IMG/VR virus record: IMGVR_UViG_3300048587_001148
Origin: an uncultured virus (IMG/VR IMGVR_UViG_3300048587_001148)
Taxonomy: Duplodnaviria; Heunggongvirae; Uroviricota; Caudoviricetes
DNA: 64,000 bases
Reading direction: 5' to 3' (one strand)
The translations under genes were made by a program, and so were the position numbers. Below the pieces are notes generated by a model, which saw only the letters and a program-made list of their open reading frames with translations, made no database searches and was not told the DNA's origin. Below are positions 33,709 to 44,218 of the stretch, piece by piece; within the stretch, counting starts at the first letter, position 1, and each line of letters begins with the position of its first letter.

Positions 33709-36525
33709 TCAGGGTCCCTCGGGGCCCCCGCGGTCATCAACGCCACCAAGTGCGCGCCGTAGCTCTTCGGGAAGCTCTTCCGGTGTGAGGGGGGCCGCGC
33801 CGCGCGCCCTGAGGGCTTCTCGAAGGCGGTTGGCGGCCTCCTCGCGTCTCGCCGCCTCTTCGATGGCCGTCCGCGCGCCCCCTGCCTCCATGCCGCCGAA
33901 CCGTACGGCCCCGGGGGCGAGTTCTCCATCGCCGGCCACGGTCTCCAGGGCCGCCTGGATGGTCAGCATGTCCCGGCGAATGACAAGCTCGAGGGCGGCA
34001 GCAAGCCCAGCGTTGCTCGAGGCGAGCCCATTCCAGTCAATGTCCTGGAGTCGTCCCTTCTCGTCGCGCTTGAGGGCCTCCTCTCCGATGGTCGCCCGCA
34101 GTGTCTCGGCCAGGACCAGCCCTGATTCCGTCTTGGCGCGGAGGGCATCATTGAGTGTCCTCTGCGAGTCCGCGCTCAGACTCACCTGAAGCTTGCCCGA
34201 GAGTTCATCGACGCGCACGTCTCCGGTCATGGCGCCTCGGCCGCCCTCCCGGAGGGCCGATTCCTGGAGGACTGCGTCTGTGCGTTCAGCCAGGGCACGG
34301 GCCTGTGCCAGCGCACCGACGCTGCGGTCCAATTGCGCGGGCGCCAAGGTCAGCAGGCGAGCAGCCATGGCCTGGTTGTCGACCTCATTGCCGGCCAGCC
34401 GGACGGCCTTCATGTCCATCTTAGCGGCCGCCATGGCTCGCTTCGTCGCCTCGATTTTATTGGTGAGCCGCTCGAGGGCCTCCTGATCCTCTCGTGACGT
34501 CCGACTGCTGCCGGCAAGGGTTTCCCGGAGGCGTGCCGCCTCGCCGGACATCCGCTCGCGCAGCTTCTTGCGCCCCTCGTTGGCGGCCGAGGACACCTGG
34601 TCCGGGCTGGTTGTTTGGGCTCCGTCCATGACGACGCGGGCGGCCCCGCGGGTTGCAACGGCTGCTGCGCCGGCGGTGGCCCGGACCGCGCGCCCGGTCT
34701 TGGTGTTCTGTCCTGCGGACTTTACGCGGCCGGCGAGGCTGGCGGCGCCCCGCACAACATTGCCCACGGTTCCGCCTCGCGTGGCAGCTTGGGCGAGGAG
34801 CGATCCGCCTCCGGTGAGCATGGCGCCTCCGGCCGTGACGCCGAGAGCTACGGCGGAGCCGGCAAACTGGCTGGCCACCGACTTGCCGACCGATCCGGCC
34901 GCGTCAGCGACCCGGCCCATCGCCATATCAGTCAGCCCGTTGCTCTTGTAAAGAGACCACGGGACGAAGATGCTGAGCGCCAGCGACATGAACGCCCCGC
35001 CCACGCCGCCAGAGTTGGTGAAGAGAATCGCCATGGTCAAAATCATGAGAAACATTCCCATGAGTTGGACCGCGGCCGGTTTCATGGCGGTCTGCGCATG
35101 GGACTTTGCCCACCCACTGAATTGGCCGAAGTTGTTTGTGGCGGTGGCCCACAGGATAACGATGGGGGCTGCCATGAAGCTGAGCGCGCGCGCCACCTCG
35201 GCGCCGATAGCGCCGAAGAAGACCACCACCCAGATCACCATGGACGCCAGGGTCAGAATCCAGCCCGTGATGGTGTCTCGCAGCATGTTGCCGAGATAGC
35301 GTGCCGGATTGAGTGTGACGCTACCGCTGGCAATGGCTTGCGCCATCCTTGAGCCAACGCACCATCCGTCCAGCCACCAGAACCAGCTTGAAGTGCAGTT
35401 CGTTCCTGTGGGGCTCACGGTGGGGGTGCTACCTGCAAGCGCGCGCCACTTCGCCGGATCTGGCTTGGCGGGATCTCCCAGGGCCAGCATGACCTCGATG
35501 GCGATCGCTGGGTCCGACCGGAAGAGGGCACCGAGCTCGACAAGGGCTCCGTTGGTGGCACTGGTCGAGTTGGGGTCGGCACCGATCTCTCCGACGCTGC
35601 TCGGTGTGAGGCCGCGCACGTACTGCATCGTCGCGATCCGGATGTCTCGGGGGACGCTCGGACCGAAGCAGCGCCCAAGATCTTGCCGCAGGGGGTCTTC
35701 ACGCGGGAGTGCTAGCATGGAGTCAATCGATGTGCCGCGGCTCAGTGCCCCAATACAGATGTCGCGTACGCGACTATAGGACACGAGGGAGCCCGCGGCG
35801 TCGCCGTGCTGTAGTCCCCGCCCCTGAGCGTCCGGCTCCATGTCTATCCACGCCTGCTTAAACGCTGCGTCCGAGCTGCGTGACTCCATGATGCCATCTT
35901 GTACCTTTGTCTTGAAATCGGGTGATCCGATCATGGTCATCAGCGGGGTCGAGATCCCCCAGGTGACGGCGTAGTCGACGAGGGGATAGGTGAGCAGCAT
36001 CAGGAGCCCAAGGAGGATGGGCTTGCTTGAGCTCCAGGCCGCAGCGAGGGCTCCACGCCGCTCGGTGAACATGCGCAGGCCGATGCCGCCAACCAGGAAG
36101 ATGGGAACAAAGTAGAAGAACAGCTCTTCGAACCCCTTCCGGAAGGCGAAGAACGCTCCAGGTTGGTATGGGCCCGTATTATTCGCCCAGGCGGGGACCT
36201 TGGCCCCTGGCTCGAGTGTGCGTCGTACACTCATGATGAACCGCATGTCCACCGAGGTTCCCGCAAAGGCATCGGATCCCGCCAGCCCGTCTGGCATGCG
36301 CGCCGCCATGTCGGCGAAGACTTCTCCGGAGAGTGTGCCGGTTGACTGATTGATCACCGGGGCGCCCTTGGTCCAAGCGCCCTGCCAGGCGGCTGTGATC
36401 GCGCTCGGGTGTGCTGCTGGCCAGCAGAGCAGCGTTAGTCCGAGCGTGGCGACAGCCAGCTTCGCCATGGGGAGGTGTCGTCGCGCGGCAGCGAGGCGCC
36501 GAGGTGTGGGTGTGGACGGGAGCAT
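33709..36525 (-). CDS. Extended VirB6/TrbL-like polytopic membrane protein, about 938 aa
   Basis: Multiple TM segments (MAAPIVILW..W pattern), Ala/Gly-rich region and coiled C-terminus; position in the operon; start uncertain. Confidence 0.65.
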   Translation of the reverse strand: MLPSTPTPRRLAAARRHLPMAKLAVATLGLTLLCWPAAHPSAITAAWQGAWTKGAPVINQSTGTLSGEVFADMAARMPDGLAGSDAFAGTSVDMRFIMSVRRTLEPGAKVPAWANNTGPYQPGAFFAFRKGFEELFFYFVPIFLVGGIGLRMFTERRGALAAAWSSSKPILLGLLMLLTYPLVDYAVTWGISTPLMTMIGSPDFKTKVQDGIMESRSSDAAFKQAWIDMEPDAQGRGLQHGDAAGSLVSYSRVRDICIGALSRGTSIDSMLALPREDPLRQDLGRCFGPSVPRDIRIATMQYVRGLTPSSVGEIGADPNSTSATNGALVELGALFRSDPAIAIEVMLALGDPAKPDPAKWRALAGSTPTVSPTGTNCTSSWFWWLDGWCVGSRMAQAIASGSVTLNPARYLGNMLRDTITGWILTLASMVIWVVVFFGAIGAEVARALSFMAAPIVILWATATNNFGQFSGWAKSHAQTAMKPAAVQLMGMFLMILTMAILFTNSGGVGGAFMSLALSIFVPWSLYKSNGLTDMAMGRVADAAGSVGKSVASQFAGSAVALGVTAGGAMLTGGGSLLAQAATRGGTVGNVVRGAASLAGRVKSAGQNTKTGRAVRATAGAAAVATRGAARVVMDGAQTTSPDQVSSAANEGRKKLRERMSGEAARLRETLAGSSRTSREDQEALERLTNKIEATKRAMAAAKMDMKAVRLAGNEVDNQAMAARLLTLAPAQLDRSVGALAQARALAERTDAVLQESALREGGRGAMTGDVRVDELSGKLQVSLSADSQRTLNDALRAKTESGLVLAETLRATIGEEALKRDEKGRLQDIDWNGLASSNAGLAAALELVIRRDMLTIQAALETVAGDGELAPGAVRFGGMEAGGARTAIEEAARREEAANRLREALRARGAAPLTPEELPEELRRALGGVDDRGGPEGP

Positions 36526-36601
36526 GGGGGACCTGACGGCTGGAGGGACTGCGGGGAGGTGCTGCGGGGAGGTGCTGCGAGCAACTGCGGTGTGTTCTGT
36601 C

Positions 36602-37663
36602 CTACTGTACTTGGGATGAGGCGGCAACGCCCGCGTCAACCATCTTGTTCTGGTTGGCTGTTGCCCCAAGCTCAAGAGCCGTGGTTTGCGCCAGGAGTGC
36701 GAACGCCTTCGAGTCGATGGCCTTCAGTTGGGCAATTTCCTGTAGGATGGCTCGGCTGATCTGCGCCGATCGCTCTGCGGGCACGGGGCCACATGCTGCC
36801 CGCCCCTTTCGCTGTGGGCTCTGGGCGCTGATCGGCGGATAGCCCTCCGGGCACGCTCCCGTTCCGTCTGGGAAGACGAGGCTCGCGTCCTCGAGTTTGT
36901 CGATGTTCACCAGGATGCTGTCGATCGCGGCCAGGGCAGCATCGGCGAACGAGACCGCTTCTTCCGTCATGATCTGCATGTCGGTGTAGAGGCGGTCTTG
37001 TGGCGTCTCGTCGGAGATCGGCGTCGTGGCGAGGACGCGCGGACCGACCGCGCTGTCGACGGCTCCCTTGGCTGGAGCACGTTGTGTGTCGGCGAGTCCT
37101 TGGCGTGCGGTTTCGTTGATCTCCGGCAGGATGTCGGTCATGCGATACTGCCCGGCGCGAATGGCGTCGAGGGTGCGCGTGACCTCATCGGCCTGGATGA
37201 TCATTTGGCACGCCTCCTCGAGGTCCATAATCAGGGCTTTTCGCTCGGCCTTCGCAGCGTCGACGGCGGCGACCGCCGTGAGTCCGCTTGCCACCTGGGA
37301 GAGGAGGTTCATGTGCGGGAGTCCGAACTTCTGTCCCGGCTTCTGTTGTTCCAGGTTCCGGATCTGGGTCATCATCCCGCCGAGGTTGTCGACCAGCCCG
37401 GCGAACTGTTGATAGTTGCATCCTTTGACCATGCCCATTGCCGAGGAGCGCAGGTTTGTGAACGTGGACACCAGATCTAGCGACGGAATACCCTGGCCAC
37501 CTGTGACCCCGTTCATGATATCGAAGGCGCCCTGGACGTCATTCGTGGTGACACCGCCCTGGCCCGGCGGTGGGGGGGCATTGGGGTCTGTCGGCGATCC
37601 CGGGCTTTGGCCAGCCATGCTGCCAGCCGAGGTTAGGAGGAGGAGAAGGAGGAGTCGGGACAT
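36602..37663 (-). CDS. Exported helical protein, 353 aa (T4SS accessory, VirB5/TrbJ-like candidate)
   Basis: Signal peptide MSRLLLLLLLTSAGSMAG; operon position. Confidence 0.6.
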   Translation of the reverse strand: MSRLLLLLLLTSAGSMAGQSPGSPTDPNAPPPPGQGGVTTNDVQGAFDIMNGVTGGQGIPSLDLVSTFTNLRSSAMGMVKGCNYQQFAGLVDNLGGMMTQIRNLEQQKPGQKFGLPHMNLLSQVASGLTAVAAVDAAKAERKALIMDLEEACQMIIQADEVTRTLDAIRAGQYRMTDILPEINETARQGLADTQRAPAKGAVDSAVGPRVLATTPISDETPQDRLYTDMQIMTEEAVSFADAALAAIDSILVNIDKLEDASLVFPDGTGACPEGYPPISAQSPQRKGRAACGPVPAERSAQISRAILQEIAQLKAIDSKAFALLAQTTALELGATANQNKMVDAGVAASSQVQ

Positions 37664-37672
37664 GGGGGGATC

Positions 37673-38848
37673 CTATCGGGCGAGTGTCGAGCCGAAGCCA
37701 AGCCATCCATTGAGCGCCTCTCGCATAGCCATCTCTCGGTTCATGACGGCGCTGGCACGCGAGAGCCCCTGCTGGAGTCGCATGTTCGTGATGGCTGTCT
37801 GAGACAGTTGGCCTTGGGTGTGGGTGTATGCCCGATAGTGGGCAACCACTGGGGGGAGCGCCCGGCTGAGGTCGGCAGACAGCTCACATTCACCGATGGT
37901 CGGCTGGGTATTGAGTGGTACTTCCACGAAGCGACTGGCGCTACTGCTGGTTGCGCGCGAGCGGACGGCTCGTGCATTGACCAGTCTGCCGTTGACTCCT
38001 CCGGTGTTGGCAAGGCGCGCGAGCGGGTCACGGCCCCCAAGGCTGTTCACACTCCCGATGAGGTCTGAGTCGCTTGAGCTGGCCGTGACTTCGGCGCTGC
38101 CGGTGTAGAGGACCCCATTGTTGGCGCGTCCTTCTCCGCCTCCGAGTTCCAGGATGTTGAGGGTGTCGCGACCTTCAAGCTCCTGCGCCGCAGCCACGGT
38201 GGCGTCGCCGACCTGGGCAGACCGAGTATTCGTCAGCTGTGCTAGCCGGAAGAGGTCGTTCGCGGCTGCGTGGAGGAGCGCGTTGCGTTTGTCCCCGATG
38301 ATCTGGGGCATGAATTGTGATTCCTGCGCCTGTGCTCGGAGGCGATTGAGTGCGGCGTCCGCGCTGGGACGCGTCATGATCACCACTCGCTCTGGCAGTG
38401 GGTCTGTGGCGCCGACTGCGCTGAGGTCAGTGCGCTGTGCGAGGGAGTCCGTCTTCTGGAAGACGCGTCGCCACTGATGATACGTCGCATAGCCGGCCAC
38501 GATGGCCAGGGGGACGTTGCGCAGCTTGGCATCGGTCGAGGCGGTGGCGATCCGCACGTTGTTCTCGAGGCCCGCATCGGTGAGGCAGTTCTTTTTGATT
38601 ACCTGGCCCCCGGGGCTGAACGGTACCATGGAGGTAGCGAGGACCACGTAGTCGATGCATCGCGCCAGTGTGCCTGGGGCGAAGTTGTAGTCGAGGTCCG
38701 TCTCCTTCTCGAAGGCGTCCTGCCCGGAGGGGGCGTCATTGATCGGGACCGGAGGCGGAAGGCGTCGCGCTTGGCCGCCGGCAATGGCTGGACAGAGGAG
38801 GCAGAGTAGGGTGGCCCACTGGGTCGCGATGCGGGATGGTGTCGTCAT
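37673..38848 (-). CDS. Exported protein, 391 aa (T4SS accessory)
   Basis: Signal peptide; ATGA overlap with the upstream gene. Confidence 0.65.
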   Translation of the reverse strand: MTTPSRIATQWATLLCLLCPAIAGGQARRLPPPVPINDAPSGQDAFEKETDLDYNFAPGTLARCIDYVVLATSMVPFSPGGQVIKKNCLTDAGLENNVRIATASTDAKLRNVPLAIVAGYATYHQWRRVFQKTDSLAQRTDLSAVGATDPLPERVVIMTRPSADAALNRLRAQAQESQFMPQIIGDKRNALLHAAANDLFRLAQLTNTRSAQVGDATVAAAQELEGRDTLNILELGGGEGRANNGVLYTGSAEVTASSSDSDLIGSVNSLGGRDPLARLANTGGVNGRLVNARAVRSRATSSSASRFVEVPLNTQPTIGECELSADLSRALPPVVAHYRAYTHTQGQLSQTAITNMRLQQGLSRASAVMNREMAMREALNGWLGFGSTLAR

Positions 38849-39714
38849 TGCACGACCGCTTCTGTCCGGCGCCGGTGGTTGTCGACACGGAGCACGGTAA
38901 GGGCATCCTGCGTGCGTCGCCCTCGGGCTTGGAGGCTGTAGAGAGTCTGCTTGGTTACGGCCGCCAGGGAACGCGCCTCGGTCGCCATGAGGATGGTCAG
39001 GATTTGCCCCGTCCGAGTGTCACTCACCTCGTTGGCCCCGAGCAGTTCCGATCGCAGGAGCGAATCGAGCGCGGTAGTCACGCTGTCGGCCCGCAGCATC
39101 AGGAAAGTGCTTTGTGTGGCCAGTGCCGCGTTGGGGATGGCGGAGGCGGAAATGGAGAGCATCTCGGAATCCGTCTGTTTGGCGGCTCGTGATGCGATGC
39201 CCCCATCGTTGAGGAAGGGGTTCTGGTCGGAGGTGCCATACCCCAGGCCTCCCGCCCGTGACGCCGCATCCGCCTCGCTCCCTAGGGTCTTGTCAGTCCA
39301 TGGGCGTGTGGCGTCAGCGACGGGCGTCTCGAAGGTTGCCCCTGTACTGTCCGAGGGGAGACAGACCTTGGTGGTTGTCGAGTCGCTTCGGCACTGGGCG
39401 GCCCCACTGCGGCGGTCGCCGGGATCCCCCCCGGGGGTGCCGAGATCGCCGGTGTGCTTTCGGTCTGTTGCCTCTCGAATCCGGATGGTCAGGTCGCCGC
39501 GTCGCTTCTGTTCGCGCGCCTGGTCCCACATGATGTCGAGCCAGTTGTCGCCACGGATTTTCGCCTCGACAATTGAGAGGGCACTGTTGAGGAGCCATTC
39601 CTTGTCCACCTTGGTGTCATAGCTCACAACAAACTGTGCCTCGGCTGGCCGCGGTGCGACGCTGAGGAGGGTGAGGGTGAGCAGGGCGGCGCGCGCCGTG
39701 GCGAACGGCTTCAT
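38845..39714 (-). CDS. Exported protein, 289 aa, VirB5/TrbJ-like candidate
   Basis: Signal peptide followed by AEA-QFVVSYD, similar to TrbJ/VirB5 mature N-termini; helical C-terminus. Confidence 0.55.
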   Translation of the reverse strand: MKPFATARAALLTLTLLSVAPRPAEAQFVVSYDTKVDKEWLLNSALSIVEAKIRGDNWLDIMWDQAREQKRRGDLTIRIREATDRKHTGDLGTPGGDPGDRRSGAAQCRSDSTTTKVCLPSDSTGATFETPVADATRPWTDKTLGSEADAASRAGGLGYGTSDQNPFLNDGGIASRAAKQTDSEMLSISASAIPNAALATQSTFLMLRADSVTTALDSLLRSELLGANEVSDTRTGQILTILMATEARSLAAVTKQTLYSLQARGRRTQDALTVLRVDNHRRRTEAVVQ

Positions 39715-40532
39715 GGTCCGCCCTTCGGCGCCTGTGCATCGTTCAAGCGGCCACTCGTGCGCTGGGACTCCCCGAGTGCATTGAGTTGGCCGGTGATCCC
39801 GCGCAGCTGCATTTCCGCCGTGAGGATGCGGTTGTACGTCAAGGCACTCTCGAGTGCAGACAACTTGGCTTCGGAGAGGCCGGCCACGTCCGTGGTGGTC
39901 TGGTAGCGTCCGGCACGTTGCGCCCCTTCTCCGGCCAACGTGTCGAGCAGCGCGTAGGTAAGTGCGCGGTAGTCTCGCATCGCGCTGAACTGTGCTTGCG
40001 TAGCGGCAGTCAGCTCTCGGTCGCTCATGCGGCCGCCGCTTCCGAGCCGCGCGTCGCCGTAGATGAGGGACATGCTCTGCTTGCTGCTTAGGGCCTCGAA
40101 GATGGCCTCGGCTTGCCCTTCCTGCAGGCGCGCATCCCCGCCGGCCACCAGTTGCCCTTGCGTATTCAACGTCAGGGTCTCAAGCAGCTCCGAGACCCCC
40201 TCGGCTTCGGCCAGGGAGAGCAGGGGGTCCACGACCTCTTCCCCATAAAGCGAGCGCAGCTTCTCCTCGAACTTGGCGGTTTCGTCGTTGGCCGCCTGCA
40301 TGGCGCTGACTTCACGCTCTGCCACTGCCACTTTGCCCACCAAGAGGCCGATCTGTGCGATCGTGCGGGCGTTCAGCTCGATCATGCGAGCCGCCAGCTC
40401 GTTGTCCTCCGCCTCACAGGGGGGGAGGGCCGCGCCGCCGTGCTTGGTGTGGTACACGCACGCAGCGGCGCCCTCAGGGAGCATCGTCGCCAGGACCACC
40501 ACACCAACCAGCACCATAACGACGCGACGCAT
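39711..40532 (-). CDS. Exported coiled-coil protein, 273 aa (T4SS accessory)
   Basis: ATG 40532 with GGGAG upstream; signal peptide; ATGA overlap downstream. Confidence 0.65.
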   Translation of the reverse strand: MRRVVMVLVGVVVLATMLPEGAAACVYHTKHGGAALPPCEAEDNELAARMIELNARTIAQIGLLVGKVAVAEREVSAMQAANDETAKFEEKLRSLYGEEVVDPLLSLAEAEGVSELLETLTLNTQGQLVAGGDARLQEGQAEAIFEALSSKQSMSLIYGDARLGSGGRMSDRELTAATQAQFSAMRDYRALTYALLDTLAGEGAQRAGRYQTTTDVAGLSEAKLSALESALTYNRILTAEMQLRGITGQLNALGESQRTSGRLNDAQAPKGGP

Positions 40533-40557
40533 GCACGCTCCCATCCCCACAAGTGGG

Positions 40558-43350
40558 CTAGCTGAAGTCCTCCGGAATCGGGGCGCCCGACTCGACCAGC
40601 GCACAGAAGCGCCGATAGTGGTCACGCCACCGCTCCAGGTATCGTACCGCCTCCTCCTCGCTCATTTCAGGGGGGTGGGGTTGTTCCACCCCTGCTGGAA
40701 AGTTTTCTGCCAGCAAGACGAGCACGCCCTCGAGGGGGAATTTCCACTGTTCGACGTACCGCTGGATGTATCTGTTCCGGACTTCTTTGTCCGGCGGGTG
40801 GGTGGATGTCATCCAGTAGGACAGGCCGGGGGCGGGCACGCGGACGACGCCCATGTTGTCGTCTTCACGGATCAGCAGCTCGGAATACTCGCCCCGGCGC
40901 TGCTGGAGTCCGTAGATCGAATCGGAGAGTTCTCGCGAGAAGTTCTGCGACTGGAACGCCTTGTCGTTGTCCGGGCTGCGGTTGTGGGCGAGGATGAGGA
41001 GGTGTCTTGAGTTACTGAGGACCGCCCGCCCGTAGGTGTCCTGGAACACGTCGGAGAGGTTCTGGGTGATCAGGATGGCCTGCGCCCCGAGTTTCCGGCA
41101 CTCTCGCCACAGGGTTTCGATGGCCTTGCCGAAGGTGCTGGTCGAGCCATCCTCGCGCGGTTTGATGAGCGCCCACGCCTCGTCGAGAACGATCATGCGC
41201 TCCTTGCCGTCTTTGCGGCGCAGGCGATTGCCGACGACCCCCGCGGTGATCAGGGTGGCCATCGGCTCCATCAGGAGCTCTTCGTCTTTGATGTCCGCGA
41301 GGTCAAACGTGATGATCTTGTTGTTGACGTCGAACTGCGTCTCACGGTCGGTGTAGCGCGCGTACGCCCCATCGTTGATGTACGGCTTCAGTTGGAGGGC
41401 GATCTTGGCCGCCAGGTCCGTGGCCTGTTGCAGGGAAGGGTGGCGGTAGTTGGTCAGGATCGCATGGAAGTGCCGTAGGAGCGGGGTGGGGTGGGCGGCG
41501 TATGTCGCCTGAGCACATTCCCCAAGGATCGAGTTGGCCAGGAGCATCTGCTCTGGGTCGCGCATGCGGAGCATCGTGAAGATCCACTGCTGGAGGAAGC
41601 GAATCTTCAGCTCGAGCACTTCGTTTTTCTCGGCTTCGCTCATCTCGGCAAAGGACTCGGGCAGGTCGAAGGCGTTGAACGTGTACGGGCAGGACGGCCC
41701 GATACGGATGTGATATCCCCCGAAAGCCTCGGTCGTGTACTTGAACGATTCTCCTGACTCGATGATGATCGCTTCGGTGTTCTCACGCGCCAGGAAGGGT
41801 TGGATCTTGAGGAGCTGGCCGGCGACGCTCTTGCCCGTACCGGTCCGTCCGCAGATGAGGGTGTTTTTCGACTCTGACTTCAGGGGGAAGGAGTCGTGGC
41901 CGACGAGTCGATCCATCCGGTCCGCAAAGATGGTGAGCGGGCGCTCTGACCCCTTCCACCGGTCGAAGAGGGGAAGGAGTGCGGCCAGCTCAGAGGTGAG
42001 AATCTTGCGGGCGCCGAAGTCGCTGGGGAGCCCGAAGGGCCAGGTGGCGCGGATGATGTCCTCCAGGCCGTACTCTTCCCGCGCCAGCTCCATGGCGTCC
42101 ATTTCACGGGCCAGCGACATCACGCTGTCGCAGCGCTGGTCGAGCTCCCGCTGGGACCCCGCCTCAACCACTACCACAAGGCGAACAGTGAACGGGTGCT
42201 GGTGGGCGCCCAGCATCTTGATCATGCGCTCCTCACGCTCCCGCGCCATGGCCACGGCTGCGGGGTCGTCCTTGGCGTCCTTGAAGAGCTTGATGCCAGC
42301 TGCCGCCTCGGACAGGTTGGCCGTGTTCATCGCCTTCTTGAGCTCGGACGCCTTGGCCAGCATGGTGGCCTCAAAGCTGATGGTGCACGGGAATCCGATT
42401 TCACACAACTTCAGACCCATCGTGCGATAGGTATGCGTCGGTAGCAGGCGCATGGTTAGCACCCCGAGGTACCGCTTTCCCAGCTTCATGTAGCCGAGGT
42501 CTGTGCGAAGGGACGTCTGGCAGAGCTGCTCCCGTTCCGTGATGGGCGCCAGTGCAGCCACTCGCGCCATGCCGTGGCTGGGGCGCCGATTGCCAGCTGG
42601 TGCACGGCTGCTCATGTTCGCGAAGGTGCCGACATAGGGGTCGCCCATGGTGGGCTTCCGGATGATGGGACAGGGCTTGCGGAGGCTCATCATTGGGTTG
42701 AGCACCTGCCACGCCAGTTCGTACAACTCCCGGTCCTCGAGCCGCTCCGGTCGCATTCTGGCGCTTTCCATGGCGAGTTGGATGGGCCGAACGATTGCCT
42801 CAAACTCGTCGATGACCTGGCGATAGCGCCGCTCTGTGCGCTGGGTGATCTGGCCCGGCGACAAGATGCTCTGGATGAACTCCTTGATGAGGTCGGCCTT
42901 GTCGCGCGAATGCCACCAGTTGCGGCTTGGGTTGTAGTTGAGGACGATCAAATTCTCGTTCCGAAGCAGGTGTCCGGCTTCCATCTCGGCACGGAGTTCG
43001 CGCTCCCGCGTCCACATCACATACCGCGCGAAGTGGTTCTTCCCATTCATGAGCTCCGTGTGGTGATCGAGCATGTCGCGCCAGTTGTGGTGGATGCGGT
43101 GCAGGACACGCATGGTCATGCCGTTGGGCATGCTGTTGAGCATGCCCTGCAGCCGCTCGACAAAGGAGCCCAGGTTCTGGTTGGTCTCGAGTTCGTAGAG
43201 TGGGCCTGTTACCCGAAAAACCGCGGAGAGGCTACCGTCTGTGAGGACATAGGCTCCATCGCGCACTGTGGCAATGGGCACCAGTCGACTCACGTTGGTG
43301 GATCGATAGTTGGGGTTCCGCGCGAATTCGGTCGGTTCGAAAAGCTGCAT
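40558..43350 (-). CDS. virB4: VirB4/TraC-family T4SS ATPase, about 930 aa
   Basis: Walker A GRTGTGKS; FNAFD; Walker B IVLDEAW; RKLGA..ITQ. Confidence 0.92.
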   Translation of the reverse strand: MQLFEPTEFARNPNYRSTNVSRLVPIATVRDGAYVLTDGSLSAVFRVTGPLYELETNQNLGSFVERLQGMLNSMPNGMTMRVLHRIHHNWRDMLDHHTELMNGKNHFARYVMWTRERELRAEMEAGHLLRNENLIVLNYNPSRNWWHSRDKADLIKEFIQSILSPGQITQRTERRYRQVIDEFEAIVRPIQLAMESARMRPERLEDRELYELAWQVLNPMMSLRKPCPIIRKPTMGDPYVGTFANMSSRAPAGNRRPSHGMARVAALAPITEREQLCQTSLRTDLGYMKLGKRYLGVLTMRLLPTHTYRTMGLKLCEIGFPCTISFEATMLAKASELKKAMNTANLSEAAAGIKLFKDAKDDPAAVAMAREREERMIKMLGAHQHPFTVRLVVVVEAGSQRELDQRCDSVMSLAREMDAMELAREEYGLEDIIRATWPFGLPSDFGARKILTSELAALLPLFDRWKGSERPLTIFADRMDRLVGHDSFPLKSESKNTLICGRTGTGKSVAGQLLKIQPFLARENTEAIIIESGESFKYTTEAFGGYHIRIGPSCPYTFNAFDLPESFAEMSEAEKNEVLELKIRFLQQWIFTMLRMRDPEQMLLANSILGECAQATYAAHPTPLLRHFHAILTNYRHPSLQQATDLAAKIALQLKPYINDGAYARYTDRETQFDVNNKIITFDLADIKDEELLMEPMATLITAGVVGNRLRRKDGKERMIVLDEAWALIKPREDGSTSTFGKAIETLWRECRKLGAQAILITQNLSDVFQDTYGRAVLSNSRHLLILAHNRSPDNDKAFQSQNFSRELSDSIYGLQQRRGEYSELLIREDDNMGVVRVPAPGLSYWMTSTHPPDKEVRNRYIQRYVEQWKFPLEGVLVLLAENFPAGVEQPHPPEMSEEEAVRYLERWRDHYRRFCALVESGAPIPEDFS

Positions 43351-43352
43351 GG

Positions 43353-43697
43353 TCAGGCCAGCCAAGAGTCAAAGGGGGGTGGCACGTTCGGTTCCTTGGT
43401 GATGGGCGGGCGCCATTGGATATCGCGGGCCGCATCCCGGAAGAGGACTGGCCCACTCCAGAGGTGGGCGATATACCGGCTCAGGAAGCGCTCGGGAAGG
43501 AGTTCCTCCGTCAGCTTGAAGTAGCCAGCGAGTCCGATCCCGACGAGGAGGCCGAGGAGGCGACTCCCGGACATTGCGATGGCCAGAAAGGGAACGATCG
43601 TCACGGCCACGAGTTGTGAGGCGGTGAACATGTTCAGGATCCGTACGGGGCGCTCGTTGCGGCCGTAGACCTTCTCCCTGGTGAATTCGACTGTCAT
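43353..43697 (-). CDS. VirB3-like small membrane protein, 114 aa
   Basis: Two TM segments; between the pilin and VirB4 genes. Confidence 0.65.
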   Translation of the reverse strand: MTVEFTREKVYGRNERPVRILNMFTASQLVAVTIVPFLAIAMSGSRLLGLLVGIGLAGYFKLTEELLPERFLSRYIAHLWSGPVLFRDAARDIQWRPPITKEPNVPPPFDSWLA

Positions 43698-43730
43698 GCC
43701 GGTAGGTGTGGGCAGCGCCGGGTGCCATGA

Positions 43731-43760
43731 CAAGGGAGCCCGGATGACCGGGCTCCCTTG
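43731..43760. terminator. Perfect 13-bp hairpin downstream of the pilin gene
   Basis: CAAGGGAGCCCGG-atga-CCGGGCTCCCTTG. Confidence 0.7.
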
Positions 43761-43787
43761 GTTCCTGCGTGAGCTGACGTTCTCAGC

Positions 43788-44159
43788 CTAGAATCCCCAC
43801 TTCGCCATTTCGACGGCCACGCTGTCAAAGCCGATGGCCGAGATGAGCTTCGATGGGCCAACGATCAGGATGACCGCCATGATCAGGGAGAAGACGGCGG
43901 AGAGGAGGCCGTCAGACTTCCCACTCTTCGCGGCCATGGCGAGGTTGTAGAGGGCGAAGACCGCCAGGACGACACCGCCGACGATAAGCACCGGGGTGAC
44001 GATCGGCCGGGCGAAGGCCGCCATCTTGTCCGGGACGGTCGAGAGGCCAAAGGCGTCCTGCGCGGCCGCCAGGTCGGGGGTGATCATGCTGACCAGGGCG
44101 AGGAGCCCAAACATGGCCAGGCTGAGCAGGTGGGTACGACGAATCGCGATGCGGTGCAT
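43788..44159 (-). CDS. VirB2/TrbC-like pilin, 123 aa
   Basis: Long signal peptide ending AAA-Q, two hydrophobic helices; GGAG upstream; directly before VirB3/VirB4. Confidence 0.7.
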   Translation of the reverse strand: MHRIAIRRTHLLSLAMFGLLALVSMITPDLAAAQDAFGLSTVPDKMAAFARPIVTPVLIVGGVVLAVFALYNLAMAAKSGKSDGLLSAVFSLIMAVILIVGPSKLISAIGFDSVAVEMAKWGF

Positions 44160-44218
44160 GGGGTTCTCCGGGGGTGAATGGCATAGTCTCTGCCCTAAGA
44201 ACCGGTGCGAGTCGTTTC

